DNA of 64,000 nucleotides. Source: a virus. Lineage: Duplodnaviria; Caudoviricetes. The position numbers and the translations under genes were made by a program. The notes under the pieces are model-generated. The model had not been told where the DNA came from. It did not search any database and saw only the letters and a program-made list of their open reading frames with translations. Positions 16,067 through 24,519 of the stretch are shown in pieces; the stretch's first letter is position 1; each line of letters opens with the position of its first letter. The DNA lies in IMG/VR virus record IMGVR_UViG_3300031965_000935, positions 4,792 to 68,791 of that record; one strand, given 5' to 3'.

Positions 16067-18443
16067 GCCGAAACAGAAGTCAATCGAAATCGCACCCCAT
16101 CTTCAACGCATCCTTCCCGCCTGGATAACTCCGATGTGGATAGACGCCGGCCGCTGGCGGTCGGTGGTACGAAATCAGCCGGTCGCCATCATTTGCCGTG
16201 ACCGCCTGATTACTTATGCTCAGGCGTTGCCCTGGGAAATTCGGGCAACTGACCTGTCAGAACAAAAAGCCCTTGAGCCGGACATCAAATACTACCGCGA
16301 TTTTGTTTTCAAGGAATTTGACCTGCTCATGGACTTGCTCTGGCAAGACGCCCTTGACCTGCCCATCGGCGGCAATGTTGAGGTGATACGCTGGCCGGCC
16401 GGGGCAATCCCGCGCCTAGAGATAGACGGGGAAACATATGAATTGACCCGGCCCTGGGAGCAGGGGCATGTATTTCGCCTGGCGTTCATGGATGGCGCAA
16501 CCGTTTTTCCGACTTATGACCCCACGATCCCGCTAATGCAGCGCATCACCCAGTTTCAAACCGCCCCGGTCTATTTCAACCGGAATGAGGTCAGGCGCAT
16601 TGTCCTGACCCCTCGCCCGGAGTGGCAGATGAAAGGTTATGGCATGCCGCCGCCGCAGCGGGTCTTTTTGGCGATCTCCCTCCTTTACCGGGGCGATCAA
16701 TACTATGCAAATTTACTCTTAGACACGCCAGAAGCCGGGGTGTTAGACCTCATGGACATGACCATGGAATCGGCCAGCCAGTGGCTATCTAGCTTTAAGT
16801 CGCTGGTCGAGGGGGTTGACCCCATGAAAATTGGCGTTTTGTATGAGCATGACCAGGCCGCCCGCTGGATTCCCTTTGGCCGGCCGCCGACCGACATGAT
16901 GTTCGAGAGCGTGACCGGACGCTATGCTCGGATGACCACAGCCGGCTACTGGCTGACCCTGACCGACCTGGGCCTTGAGGGTGGCGGCTCTACCATGGCC
17001 GGCGAGATACGCCGCCAACGGGAAGTCCGGCTGTCTGGCTTTGGCCTGGTCAGGGAAAAAACGAAAAACTTTATGGTCTCAGTCCTTCCCCCCTGGCTGA
17101 CTTTCCACTGGATCGAGAAGGATGACGAGGCCATGAGCGCCCTGGGTCGAGCCAGGCTCTTAAACGCCCAGGCCCTCAAGACTTTGCGCGATGCGGGCGT
17201 TGTCAGCGTGGAGGAAGCCCAGGCGCAGCTGGCGCAGGATGGCCTTTTAACAATCGAGCTAAAGCCGCCGGAGAAGGCTCCGCCCTTGCCGCCCTTGCCT
17301 GCCCCTGCCGGCAATGAATTGAGCTCGCCGAAATTGGCAAAAAAAGAAGCCGAACGCGTTCCCCCTTCTCAGGGGGGTGAGGGGGATGTCGGGGTACAGC
17401 GCGCCCTGACGGGTGCGGACTCGGCTGACAGGCTTGCGGCGAGCTCAGCCGAGCGGCTGGCCGACCTGATGAGCCTGGCTTTCCAGGATGTGACCCAGCA
17501 AGGCAAAGCGTCCCAGATTCGTAAGTTGATTAAGGCGGCCGCCCGGCGGCTCTTTGAGCTATCGGCTAAGGCATTGACCTCGCTGCCCGATTCGGACTTG
17601 CCCCTCTGGGCTGCCGAACGGGTCAACGCCTGGTTTGGTCAGCCTTCAGTCTTAGACGAGTTCCCTGAAGTCAAGAAGGCCGACCAGGCCCTATTTGACC
17701 AGCTTGATAAAATCTTAGATGGCGACCCCTGGTGGACATTGCCAGAGGCCATAGCTGAGGCGGTCGCGGCCGTGTTGGCTGGGGCTTACGGCGAGGGGGC
17801 AACTGGCGCGGCTGAGGAGGCTATGCGCTTTTTGTATGAGGAGGGGTTAGTCAGTTCGCCCGAGCTCATTGGGTTTAACTGGGAGCTGAAAAATCCGCGC
17901 ACCCTGGCCGAAATCAACCAGAGCGCCGCCCAGATGGTACGGCGGGTCAATGATGGGACAAAGCATTACCTGAAGTCCCTTATCGCCGCCGGGGTTGATG
18001 AGGGTTTGAGCAGTCAGGAGATAGCCGCCAGGATCAAAGAGGGTCAGGGGCTAGAGCAGATTATGCGCGATAGTCCCTTTTTAGATAGCGTGACCGAGGT
18101 GGTCAGGGGGGAAATCGGGGATATGCTTCAGAATAGGATTCAGAGCATTACAAACACTGAGATCGCCAAGGCTGAAACCAACGGGCGAATCGGCCAATGG
18201 GGTCGGATGGGCCTGAATAAAAAGAAATGGTCACACACTGGACTAGATACACCCTGCATGACTTGTACGGCAAACATCGAATTGGGCTATGTGTCTATAG
18301 ATTATCAATACACGACCGTCTTTGGGCCTGAGACAGCAGGGGGGCCGCCGGCACACCCGCGAATATGTCATTGTCACCTTGAATTTGATGAGGCGGAACT
18401 TTTAGACAAGGCTCGCAGTCTAAATGTCTGGAGCGGGGAATAA
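16059..18443 (+). CDS. portal protein fused to a MuF/gp7-like minor head domain
   Basis: N-terminal portal-like region (GYGMPP, LLLDTP.AGVL); C-terminal I.NTE...A..G, KW, C..C, PPAHP..C.C. Confidence 0.8.
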   Translation: MAEPKQKSIEIAPHLQRILPAWITPMWIDAGRWRSVVRNQPVAIICRDRLITYAQALPWEIRATDLSEQKALEPDIKYYRDFVFKEFDLLMDLLWQDALDLPIGGNVEVIRWPAGAIPRLEIDGETYELTRPWEQGHVFRLAFMDGATVFPTYDPTIPLMQRITQFQTAPVYFNRNEVRRIVLTPRPEWQMKGYGMPPPQRVFLAISLLYRGDQYYANLLLDTPEAGVLDLMDMTMESASQWLSSFKSLVEGVDPMKIGVLYEHDQAARWIPFGRPPTDMMFESVTGRYARMTTAGYWLTLTDLGLEGGGSTMAGEIRRQREVRLSGFGLVREKTKNFMVSVLPPWLTFHWIEKDDEAMSALGRARLLNAQALKTLRDAGVVSVEEAQAQLAQDGLLTIELKPPEKAPPLPPLPAPAGNELSSPKLAKKEAERVPPSQGGEGDVGVQRALTGADSADRLAASSAERLADLMSLAFQDVTQQGKASQIRKLIKAAARRLFELSAKALTSLPDSDLPLWAAERVNAWFGQPSVLDEFPEVKKADQALFDQLDKILDGDPWWTLPEAIAEAVAAVLAGAYGEGATGAAEEAMRFLYEEGLVSSPELIGFNWELKNPRTLAEINQSAAQMVRRVNDGTKHYLKSLIAAGVDEGLSSQEIAARIKEGQGLEQIMRDSPFLDSVTEVVRGEIGDMLQNRIQSITNTEIAKAETNGRIGQWGRMGLNKKKWSHTGLDTPCMTCTANIELGYVSIDYQYTTVFGPETAGGPPAHPRICHCHLEFDEAELLDKARSLNVWSGE

Positions 18444-18448
18444 ACAAA

Positions 18449-18479
18449 ACAAGGCGGCAAAAACTTGGCCGCCTTGTTA
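18449..18479. terminator. bidirectional terminator
   Basis: aacaaggcggc/gccgccttgtt stem between convergent units. Confidence 0.7.
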
Positions 18480-18496
18480 ATTACTTCATCAGACTC

Positions 18497-18566
18497 CACA
18501 CTGCCATACCTGACCCCGCCTTACCGTACCTCACCGTTTCCGGCCTTACCATGCCTCACCGTACCT
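18497..18566. repeat. degenerate pentamer repeat (CCTTA/CCGTA/CCTCA/CCATA)
   Basis: Read directly from the sequence. Confidence 0.55.
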
Positions 18567-18681
18567 TTGACAATGTGAAGCTTGGCGGCCCCTCGAAACC
18601 CACGAATGGCCGCTTTTCTTCAAAGTCATAACCGGAAACAATAACAAAAGTTGCATTTGAATTAGTTTTAATTTTCTTCAT
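18556..18681 (-). CDS. 41-aa hypothetical protein
   Basis: MKKIKTNSNATFVIVSGYDFEEKRPF...; ATGA coupling; translated by hand. Confidence 0.45.
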   Translation of the reverse strand: MKKIKTNSNATFVIVSGYDFEEKRPFVGFEGPPSFTLSKVR

Positions 18682-18902
18682 GATTCTTTCTCCTCCCAGT
18701 ACCATCGCCCCGGATTCTTGCGGCTGCTCCCCGGCGGCCGTAATTCGAGCCGCCTGTCCCTTTTACGATAACCAAACAGGGCTGAAGTGATTGCGCTCCC
18801 TGAGACATTCAGCCGCCGGGCAATTTCCCGCGAGGTCAGCCCGGGGTTGGCTTTCACAAAGTCAAGGTAGCGGTTTCGCCTCAAAATTCTTTCTGTTACC
18901 AT
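18678..18902 (-). CDS. winged-HTH DNA-binding protein
   Basis: NPGLTSREIARRLNVSGSAITSAL...GRWYW. Confidence 0.7.
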   Translation of the reverse strand: MVTERILRRNRYLDFVKANPGLTSREIARRLNVSGSAITSALFGYRKRDRRLELRPPGSSRKNPGRWYWEEKES

Positions 18903-19174
18903 ATTCCTTTTTCCCGATTCGCTTCACAGTCAGCCATTGCCCTGGCCAGCCATCCCCGTGATTCCTGCATGAGTTTGTCCCGGCTCTTTTGGCTGAAGGC
19001 GGTCAGGGCCGTAAGATATTGCTGATGGCTGGCTACAGCCTGGTCATGGCAGTAAGCAGTCATGGCAGATACAGGAAGAGGCAAGCCGCCATAATATACA
19101 ACCAGGGAAACCAAGACCAGGACCAGAAACAACAGACCAGCCAGCCATAAAAATTCTTTCCAACCTGCTTTCAT
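18896..19174 (-). CDS. membrane-anchored hypothetical protein
   Basis: N-terminal TM helix. Confidence 0.55.
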   Translation of the reverse strand: MKAGWKEFLWLAGLLFLVLVLVSLVVYYGGLPLPVSAMTAYCHDQAVASHQQYLTALTAFSQKSRDKLMQESRGWLARAMADCEANREKGIW

Positions 19175-19197
19175 GGGTACGCCTTCTTGTCAAAGGG

Positions 19198-19788
19198 TTA
19201 TCTCCTTTTCTCCGCCATAAATCTATATTCGGTCTTCTCGCTGTCATCTTCCCAAATCGGCATCCAGCCGGCCACGTCTAATAGGTGAAGCCACTGGTCG
19301 CGGCTCAGGACATAGTAATGGTTCTGGCCGCCGACTCCATAGTGCTCCAGGCTCGGCAAGACCAGGAGCAACCAGGTTCGGGCCACCCGCCGCCACTCCA
19401 TAAGGGTCAGGAGGGGCATGGGGCTATGTTCAAGGGCATGGCGCGCAAAGATAAGGTCAAATTCGCCATCGGAAAAAGGCAAGAAAGAAAAGTCGGCCTG
19501 AAAGACCTTTAATCCTTTGCCTCGGCAAACCAGAACATCACTGCCCAGGGTGACGCCCTCAACCCGGCGCGCATACCGCCCCAGGGCGGCAAAGGCTTGC
19601 CCTTGACCGCAACCAACATCCAAAATCGAGTCGAGATTAGTAAGTCGAGAAAGCCACTTATCAATGATTTCCTCTAACCATTTCTGGTGGCCTGGGTCTG
19701 GCGGCTGCGGGTATATGTCCCCGGTCAGGATGTCCAGATAGCGGTTCAAATAGTAAAAGTCCCTCATCAGACCTCTACTAGTTCCCAC
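19198..19788 (-). CDS. class I SAM-dependent small-molecule/sugar methyltransferase
   Basis: ILDVGCGQG, DFSFLPFSDGEFDLIFARHALEH. Confidence 0.85.
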   Translation of the reverse strand: MGTSRGLMRDFYYLNRYLDILTGDIYPQPPDPGHQKWLEEIIDKWLSRLTNLDSILDVGCGQGQAFAALGRYARRVEGVTLGSDVLVCRGKGLKVFQADFSFLPFSDGEFDLIFARHALEHSPMPLLTLMEWRRVARTWLLLVLPSLEHYGVGGQNHYYVLSRDQWLHLLDVAGWMPIWEDDSEKTEYRFMAEKRR

Positions 19789-20558
19789 TTTTCCATGAAT
19801 CGCCGCCGATTCTCCATCGTCACCGCCAGGCGGTCAAGCTGCTGGGCAGTCTGACCAAAGGCATGACGCAAGGGCAAGTCAAGGGCTTTTAGTGTAATCC
19901 CCATATTGATTGCCCGACAAGCCACGTCTAAATCCTCATAGTCGCAGAGCAAAAATCTTTCATCAAAAAGTCCTTCGTTTTCCGGGGGGTAAGCCTCCTT
20001 TTCGGCTTCGGCGTGAGCGCTCAGCCGAACGGTGCGAACAGCCATGAAATTCCAGGTCGGTCTAGTCATGGCCAGACACCAACCAGCCAGGTAGGATAAG
20101 ACGATAGGATCGCCACCCAAGACATGGCGGAAGCGGTTCCAGCCGGTGTCATGGCTAAACATTTCAGCCCCGATGATCATGCCATCCTGAATTGCCGCCT
20201 GAATCGGGCTGACGTAATCCCCTTGAGGGGTTACATCATTAGAAATAAAAATCAACAGATCGCCTGTGGCCGCCTCAGCTCCCCGGTTATTCCCCGGCCC
20301 GAAACCGGTATTCTCAGCCAGGTTCACCACCTGCATGCGGAAGGGCGTAAATTGCTCCTGCCAGTAATCCAGGTAGATCATAGTGTCATCGGTTGAGCCA
20401 TTGTTGACCATGACTATCTCTACTTCTGGCCGCTTAGAGAACAAGCGCCAGTGATGGGTTAGAAACTGGTGGGTCAAATCAGACCTATTCCAAACGGCGG
20501 TGATGATGGAAGTTTTCATTGACTTTCCTTCTTGAAAAATCTTAAACAATCCTGACAC
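19767..20558 (-). CDS. GT2 glycosyltransferase
   Basis: SIITAVWN, VNNGSTD, GFGPGNN.G, FISNDV, YEDLD. Confidence 0.9.
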   Translation of the reverse strand: MSGLFKIFQEGKSMKTSIITAVWNRSDLTHQFLTHHWRLFSKRPEVEIVMVNNGSTDDTMIYLDYWQEQFTPFRMQVVNLAENTGFGPGNNRGAEAATGDLLIFISNDVTPQGDYVSPIQAAIQDGMIIGAEMFSHDTGWNRFRHVLGGDPIVLSYLAGWCLAMTRPTWNFMAVRTVRLSAHAEAEKEAYPPENEGLFDERFLLCDYEDLDVACRAINMGITLKALDLPLRHAFGQTAQQLDRLAVTMENRRRFMEKWELVEV

Positions 20559-20737
20559 AATCTAACTACACTGCCCTGTATCTCTATTGATTGAACTTCT
20601 ATCCCTTGAAAATGCCCCCCGTTTACTCCATCACACCAGGAACTCCACATCCCATAGTTTTTTTCAAATTCGCTATTTCGGTTTTCTTTTGCACTGACTA
20701 ATGTTTGCACCATACTCCTTTCCAGGTGGCCGCCCAT
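20516..20737 (-). CDS. hypothetical protein
   Basis: Fills the operon gap; C-x-C..C..C residues; start uncertain. Confidence 0.4.
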   Translation of the reverse strand: MGGHLERSMVQTLVSAKENRNSEFEKNYGMWSSWCDGVNGGHFQGIEVQSIEIQGSVVRLCQDCLRFFKKESQ

Positions 20738-20925
20738 TCAGTTGAAAGGGCCCAGCATGGGCCTTCAATGCCCGGTGGCGGCGGGTTGATTTCTACCCAA
20801 ATGACCTTTTCTGGTTCATCCTGTACCTTAGTGGCCGACATTGAGGTTCTGATCTCAGCGTCGGTACAGGCCACTGTCAGAAAAAATAAAACCATTAAAA
20901 TAATTTTACCTAATTGGTTTTTCAT
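20698..20925 (-). CDS. predicted lipoprotein
   Basis: Basic N-terminus, hydrophobic core, lipobox-like TVAC. Confidence 0.55.
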   Translation of the reverse strand: MKNQLGKIILMVLFFLTVACTDAEIRTSMSATKVQDEPEKVIWVEINPPPPGIEGPCWALSTEWAATWKGVWCKH

Positions 20926-22118
20926 GATTGTTTCCTCATAAACTCGTGAATCGTCTCAGCCACATAGGGCGATTGCTCATCATTCCAGGCGGGAAGAAAC
21001 AGGCCGCCTTGCAGCACCAGGTCGGCTTGATGAGAAGGCCCACCTTTGATGATCTCGGCCTTCCAGGGCTGATAGGCCGGGTGCGCCAGGATATTCCCGG
21101 TGAAAAGGGGACGGATTTCGATCTTGTTTTCAATCAAGTGTTCAACCAGACCCCAGTAAAGTTCCTGGTTTGGGATGGTCAAGGGATAGCCAAACCAGAT
21201 GGGATCGTTTCCGGGGTGAACTTTGGGCAAGATGAAACGGCCTTCATACTGGGCCATTTCCTGGCCCAGCAAGGCAAAGGCCCGGCGGCGCATGGCAGTC
21301 AGGTCAGGCAAGCGCGTCAACTGGCCCAGGCCAAAGGCGGCCTGTACCTCGGTCATCTGTAAGTCATAACCAACGTGAGTATACCAGTATCGATTCCTAA
21401 ATCGGGCAAAGACCGTAGCATTATCAGGTAGGCGGGATTCATTGCGCCCCCAGTGAACCATACTCCTGACTTTTCGGTAAAAGCCCTGATTGTTTGTAAC
21501 CAGGGCTCCACCGACGCCGGCCGTGGTAACATTATGTGAGGCATAGAAAGAATAGGCGGCCGCTTCGCCAAATGTGCCAACTTGCTGACCTGCTGCTTTG
21601 CTGCCAATGGTGTCACAGCAATCTTCAATCAGCAGGCGGTCGCCAAGCATGTCCAGCACCAGGGCCATGTCAGGAGAATTGCCCAGCAGGTGAGGGATGA
21701 CTGCCCCTCGGATGTCTGGATGGTCGCGCAAGGCAATTTCCAGGGCATCGCACGAAAGATTACAGGTGCCCGGGTCTACATCAATCAGGACTGGGCGCAA
21801 ATCAAACAACAGGAGCGGATTCATGCTGGTTGGGAAGGTTAAATAAGGGTGTACAATCTTGTCCCCTGATTTCCAGATGCCCTCCTCTACCAGAATCTGG
21901 ACCGCCAGAAATATGGCTGATGTCCCGCTGTTGAGAGTCTGGCAGTGGGGTTGTTCAACCAGGGCGGCGAATTGTTTTTCAAACTCTTTGATGTAGCGGC
22001 CGGCGGCAAACCAGTCGCCGTCTAGCATTTTGAGCACCTGGTCTACTTCAGGCGCGCCCCAGACGACTCTATTGATGGTGATCGGGTCGCCCGGTTTCCA
22101 CTTTTTCCATTTGAGCAT
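20922..22118 (-). CDS. DegT-fold PLP/PMP enzyme, ColD/RfbH-like NDP-4-keto-6-deoxyhexose 3-dehydratase
   Basis: NSGTSA, TFPTSMNP, LIEDCCD, SFYASHN (His at the usual catalytic Lys), GYDLQMTEVQAA. Confidence 0.85.
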   Translation of the reverse strand: MLKWKKWKPGDPITINRVVWGAPEVDQVLKMLDGDWFAAGRYIKEFEKQFAALVEQPHCQTLNSGTSAIFLAVQILVEEGIWKSGDKIVHPYLTFPTSMNPLLLFDLRPVLIDVDPGTCNLSCDALEIALRDHPDIRGAVIPHLLGNSPDMALVLDMLGDRLLIEDCCDTIGSKAAGQQVGTFGEAAAYSFYASHNVTTAGVGGALVTNNQGFYRKVRSMVHWGRNESRLPDNATVFARFRNRYWYTHVGYDLQMTEVQAAFGLGQLTRLPDLTAMRRRAFALLGQEMAQYEGRFILPKVHPGNDPIWFGYPLTIPNQELYWGLVEHLIENKIEIRPLFTGNILAHPAYQPWKAEIIKGGPSHQADLVLQGGLFLPAWNDEQSPYVAETIHEFMRKQS

Positions 22119-22320
22119 GATTACTTGTCCTTTCAGTATTCACAACCGCAATGACCCAAAACACATTTTGAATTGGGATGACCTGAAAACAAATTATACT
22201 GGTGATGATGGCCGCCTCGTCACTATCAAACCGGGTCGGTTGCCCTATGAGGTTATCCATGTGGCCATGAATCTCATTTATTTCTGAATTATACCAACCT
22301 ATAACCTGCTGTTTTGTCAT
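22069..22320 (-). CDS. hypothetical protein
   Basis: 83-aa ORF within the operon. Confidence 0.4.
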   Translation of the reverse strand: MTKQQVIGWYNSEINEIHGHMDNLIGQPTRFDSDEAAIITSIICFQVIPIQNVFWVIAVVNTERTSNHAQMEKVETGRPDHHQ

Positions 22321-22387
22321 AACAGTTTAGTAGGTCCCCGGAGACATGGCGGCAACTAAAATGCCGCCTGGGGCTAGAAACTTATAA

Positions 22388-22646
22388 TTAACAGTCTTTC
22401 CAGTCTATAAACTCTAAAATTTCTTTCCCGTAAAGGGCAATCATGGCGCGCTCAAAGATTCCGTATTGTAAAGTTTTACAATAGCCGCCGGCCCGGCGAG
22501 AATCATGAACAACTGTCCGGCATAAGGTGCTTTACCACAGACCAGTCCGGATTCTCGATAGGTTGAGGCAGGGCCGCCTCTTGTCTCCGCTGAATTTCGG
22601 CCAGCAGTTCAGTTTCAGTAAATGATTTTAAGCAGTCAGGATTCAT
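22388..22646 (-). pseudogene. frameshifted hypothetical gene
   Basis: MNPDCLKSF...PIENPDWSVVKH continues in another frame as LCRTVV...GIFERAMIALYGKEILEFIDWKDC*; span 259 bp = 3n+1. Confidence 0.5.
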
Positions 22647-23475
22647 GTGTCATCTCCTTTAACGCCTCATCAACCGTCCTGAATTGCAGCCCAAGATCGG
22701 CGGCCAGGGCGGTTGCTAGCCCGCTGCCTTGTGGCCGTCTGGCCTGTCCAGGTAACAAAAACACGGTTATTTCCCGCCTGATAAGTTTCTCGTCAAAGCC
22801 AAAAGAACGGGCTATCCTGACGCCAAACTCGTAGCGGCTCATAATCTCTGGCCCGGCCAGATTTATTACGCCGTAATATTCGATGTCGGCCAGCTTCGAC
22901 ATGCTCAGCTTGACAAGGGCGGCCGCCAGGTCGGGGATGTAAGTTGGATTCCCGGTCAGATCGCAGGGGAGCCCGATATACTTTTCTTGGGCCAGTTTCT
23001 GGCGCAGACCGGAAACAAAGTCGCCACCGTCCGGGCCAAAAAGGTTCGTAGTTCTGATGATGACCGAGGCCGGCCGCCGGGCAATCAGGATACATTCTCC
23101 CAGGTATTTGGTCAGACCGTAAGCGCCCAGCGGGTTGGCCTGCTCATGACAAAGCGCATCCGGGTAGGGCGCGCCCTTGCCGTCGAAAATGAAGTCGGTA
23201 GACAGATGTATCAACCTGACTTGAGGGGGGAGCAGGGTGGCCAGATTGTAAACGCCCAAAACGTTTGAACGCAACGCTTCCATGGTATTGCTTTCCGCCC
23301 CGTCCACGTCGGTATAGGCGGCGCAGTTGATAAGACATGTCATGCCCTGGTCGGCAGCCTCGGTCAAGGCTGATGAAAGGGGCGCCGGATCGTCAATCCG
23401 GGCATAGATGGGCATACAACCCTCTTTGACCAATTGCCGGCCAAGCCGCCCTTTGGGGCCAGTAACAGCAATCAT
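22636..23475 (-). CDS. rmlD: dTDP-4-dehydrorhamnose reductase-like SDR
   Basis: VTGPKGRLG, INCAAYTDVDGAE, HLSTDFIFDG, YGLTK, GNPTY..DLA. Confidence 0.9.
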   Translation of the reverse strand: MIAVTGPKGRLGRQLVKEGCMPIYARIDDPAPLSSALTEAADQGMTCLINCAAYTDVDGAESNTMEALRSNVLGVYNLATLLPPQVRLIHLSTDFIFDGKGAPYPDALCHEQANPLGAYGLTKYLGECILIARRPASVIIRTTNLFGPDGGDFVSGLRQKLAQEKYIGLPCDLTGNPTYIPDLAAALVKLSMSKLADIEYYGVINLAGPEIMSRYEFGVRIARSFGFDEKLIRREITVFLLPGQARRPQGSGLATALAADLGLQFRTVDEALKEMTHES

Positions 23476-23660
23476 GGTTCACCTTCATTTTCCAGGGCCT
23501 GCACGAGTAGATAAATGACCTGCTGATTGACCGAGCGTCTTTGCGCTTGAGCGAGCACCTTAATCTGTTCCCAAATAGGAAAAGGAACACGGATCATGGT
23601 CTGTTTTATTGCCTCTTTTGTCACATTGTAACCTTTTGGGTCTGAAATTACCGCTTTCAT
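23472..23660 (-). CDS. Arc-like ribbon-helix-helix repressor
   Basis: MIRVP..IWEQIK.LA....RSVNQQVIYLL; first gene of the operon. Confidence 0.8.
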   Translation of the reverse strand: MKAVISDPKGYNVTKEAIKQTMIRVPFPIWEQIKVLAQAQRRSVNQQVIYLLVQALENEGEP

Positions 23661-23668
23661 ACTGAAAG

Positions 23669-23697
23669 ATTATGATAGCTATTTGTCGACCTGTCAA
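23669..23697 (-). promoter_or_regulatory. promoter of the sugar operon
   Basis: TTGACA-17-CATAAT. Confidence 0.75.
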
Positions 23698-23736
23698 ATT
23701 TGTAGAGGTCTTTAGTTTCGAGTATGAAACTTTGAC

Positions 23737-23799
23737 TTGAAACTTTTTTAGATCAATGCTATAATCAAACGCGAAGGGCTGCAACCGCAGCCCTTTTTT
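23737..23799 (+). promoter_or_regulatory. late head-operon promoter with immediate terminator-like hairpin
   Basis: TTGAAA-17-TATAAT (ATGC extended -10), then aagggctgc-aacc-gcagccctt-tttt; 23755-23799 identical to 48025-48069. Confidence 0.8.
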
Positions 23800-23838
23800 A
23801 TTTTGCAATATTTCGACAAGCTCAATAGGAGTCTCCTA

Positions 23839-24090
23839 ATGCCTGCTGTAAAAGAAAAGTCTGAAGCCTTGGACGCAACTATGGCCGCCCCTGACGCCGA
23901 TATTCACCACATGGTCAGAACGCTGGCCCAGTTCGATATGGAGAATGGGGCAATCGGCCCAGACACGGCGGACGCACATCTCCGCACCTGGCTGGAAAAA
24001 GGCTATCGGCTGCATACTGCTGTCTCTCTGGGCAATGGCGATGTGAATGGCGCATTTGTGACCCGGTTGCTTTACATCCTGGTCAAATAA
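23839..24090 (+). CDS. hypothetical late protein
   Basis: ATG behind AGGAG; track ORF 23803..24090. Confidence 0.6.
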   Translation: MPAVKEKSEALDATMAAPDADIHHMVRTLAQFDMENGAIGPDTADAHLRTWLEKGYRLHTAVSLGNGDVNGAFVTRLLYILVK

Positions 24091-24097
24091 GGCGGCC

Positions 24098-24400
24098 ATG
24101 ATCGTCCTTCAGTTTATTGGTTTTTTAGCCCTGGGTATCGCCATAACCTGGTTACTGCAAGAGGCAGGGCCGCTGCAGCCCCTCTGGAATCTCCGGCCCT
24201 GGCTATATGACCTGGCTAACTGTGACCTATGCCTGGGCTTTTGGGTATTTCTGGCCATGGCCGCCTTGCTGCAAGAGCCAGTCTTTGGTCTCTGGCCCTT
24301 TTGGGTTGAGGTACTGCTAGCTGGCCTCTTTTGCGCGGTTATGGGACATTTACTGAGGGCCGGCTGGTCAGCTAAATTTGGAGTGGTGATTATCAATTAG
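24098..24400 (+). CDS. DUF1360-like membrane protein
   Basis: Three TM segments with L.NCDLCLGFW. Confidence 0.6.
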   Translation: MIVLQFIGFLALGIAITWLLQEAGPLQPLWNLRPWLYDLANCDLCLGFWVFLAMAALLQEPVFGLWPFWVEVLLAGLFCAVMGHLLRAGWSAKFGVVIIN

Positions 24401-24519
24401 TCATTCGTCCTTAGTCATTTGACTTCGGCGAGCTCAGTCAAGCCGCGAAGGCTGTTGATAAGGGACTAATGGCAAAATCAGCTTAGCGGCTCTTTGGACA
24501 AAGAGCAACGCCGGAAACC

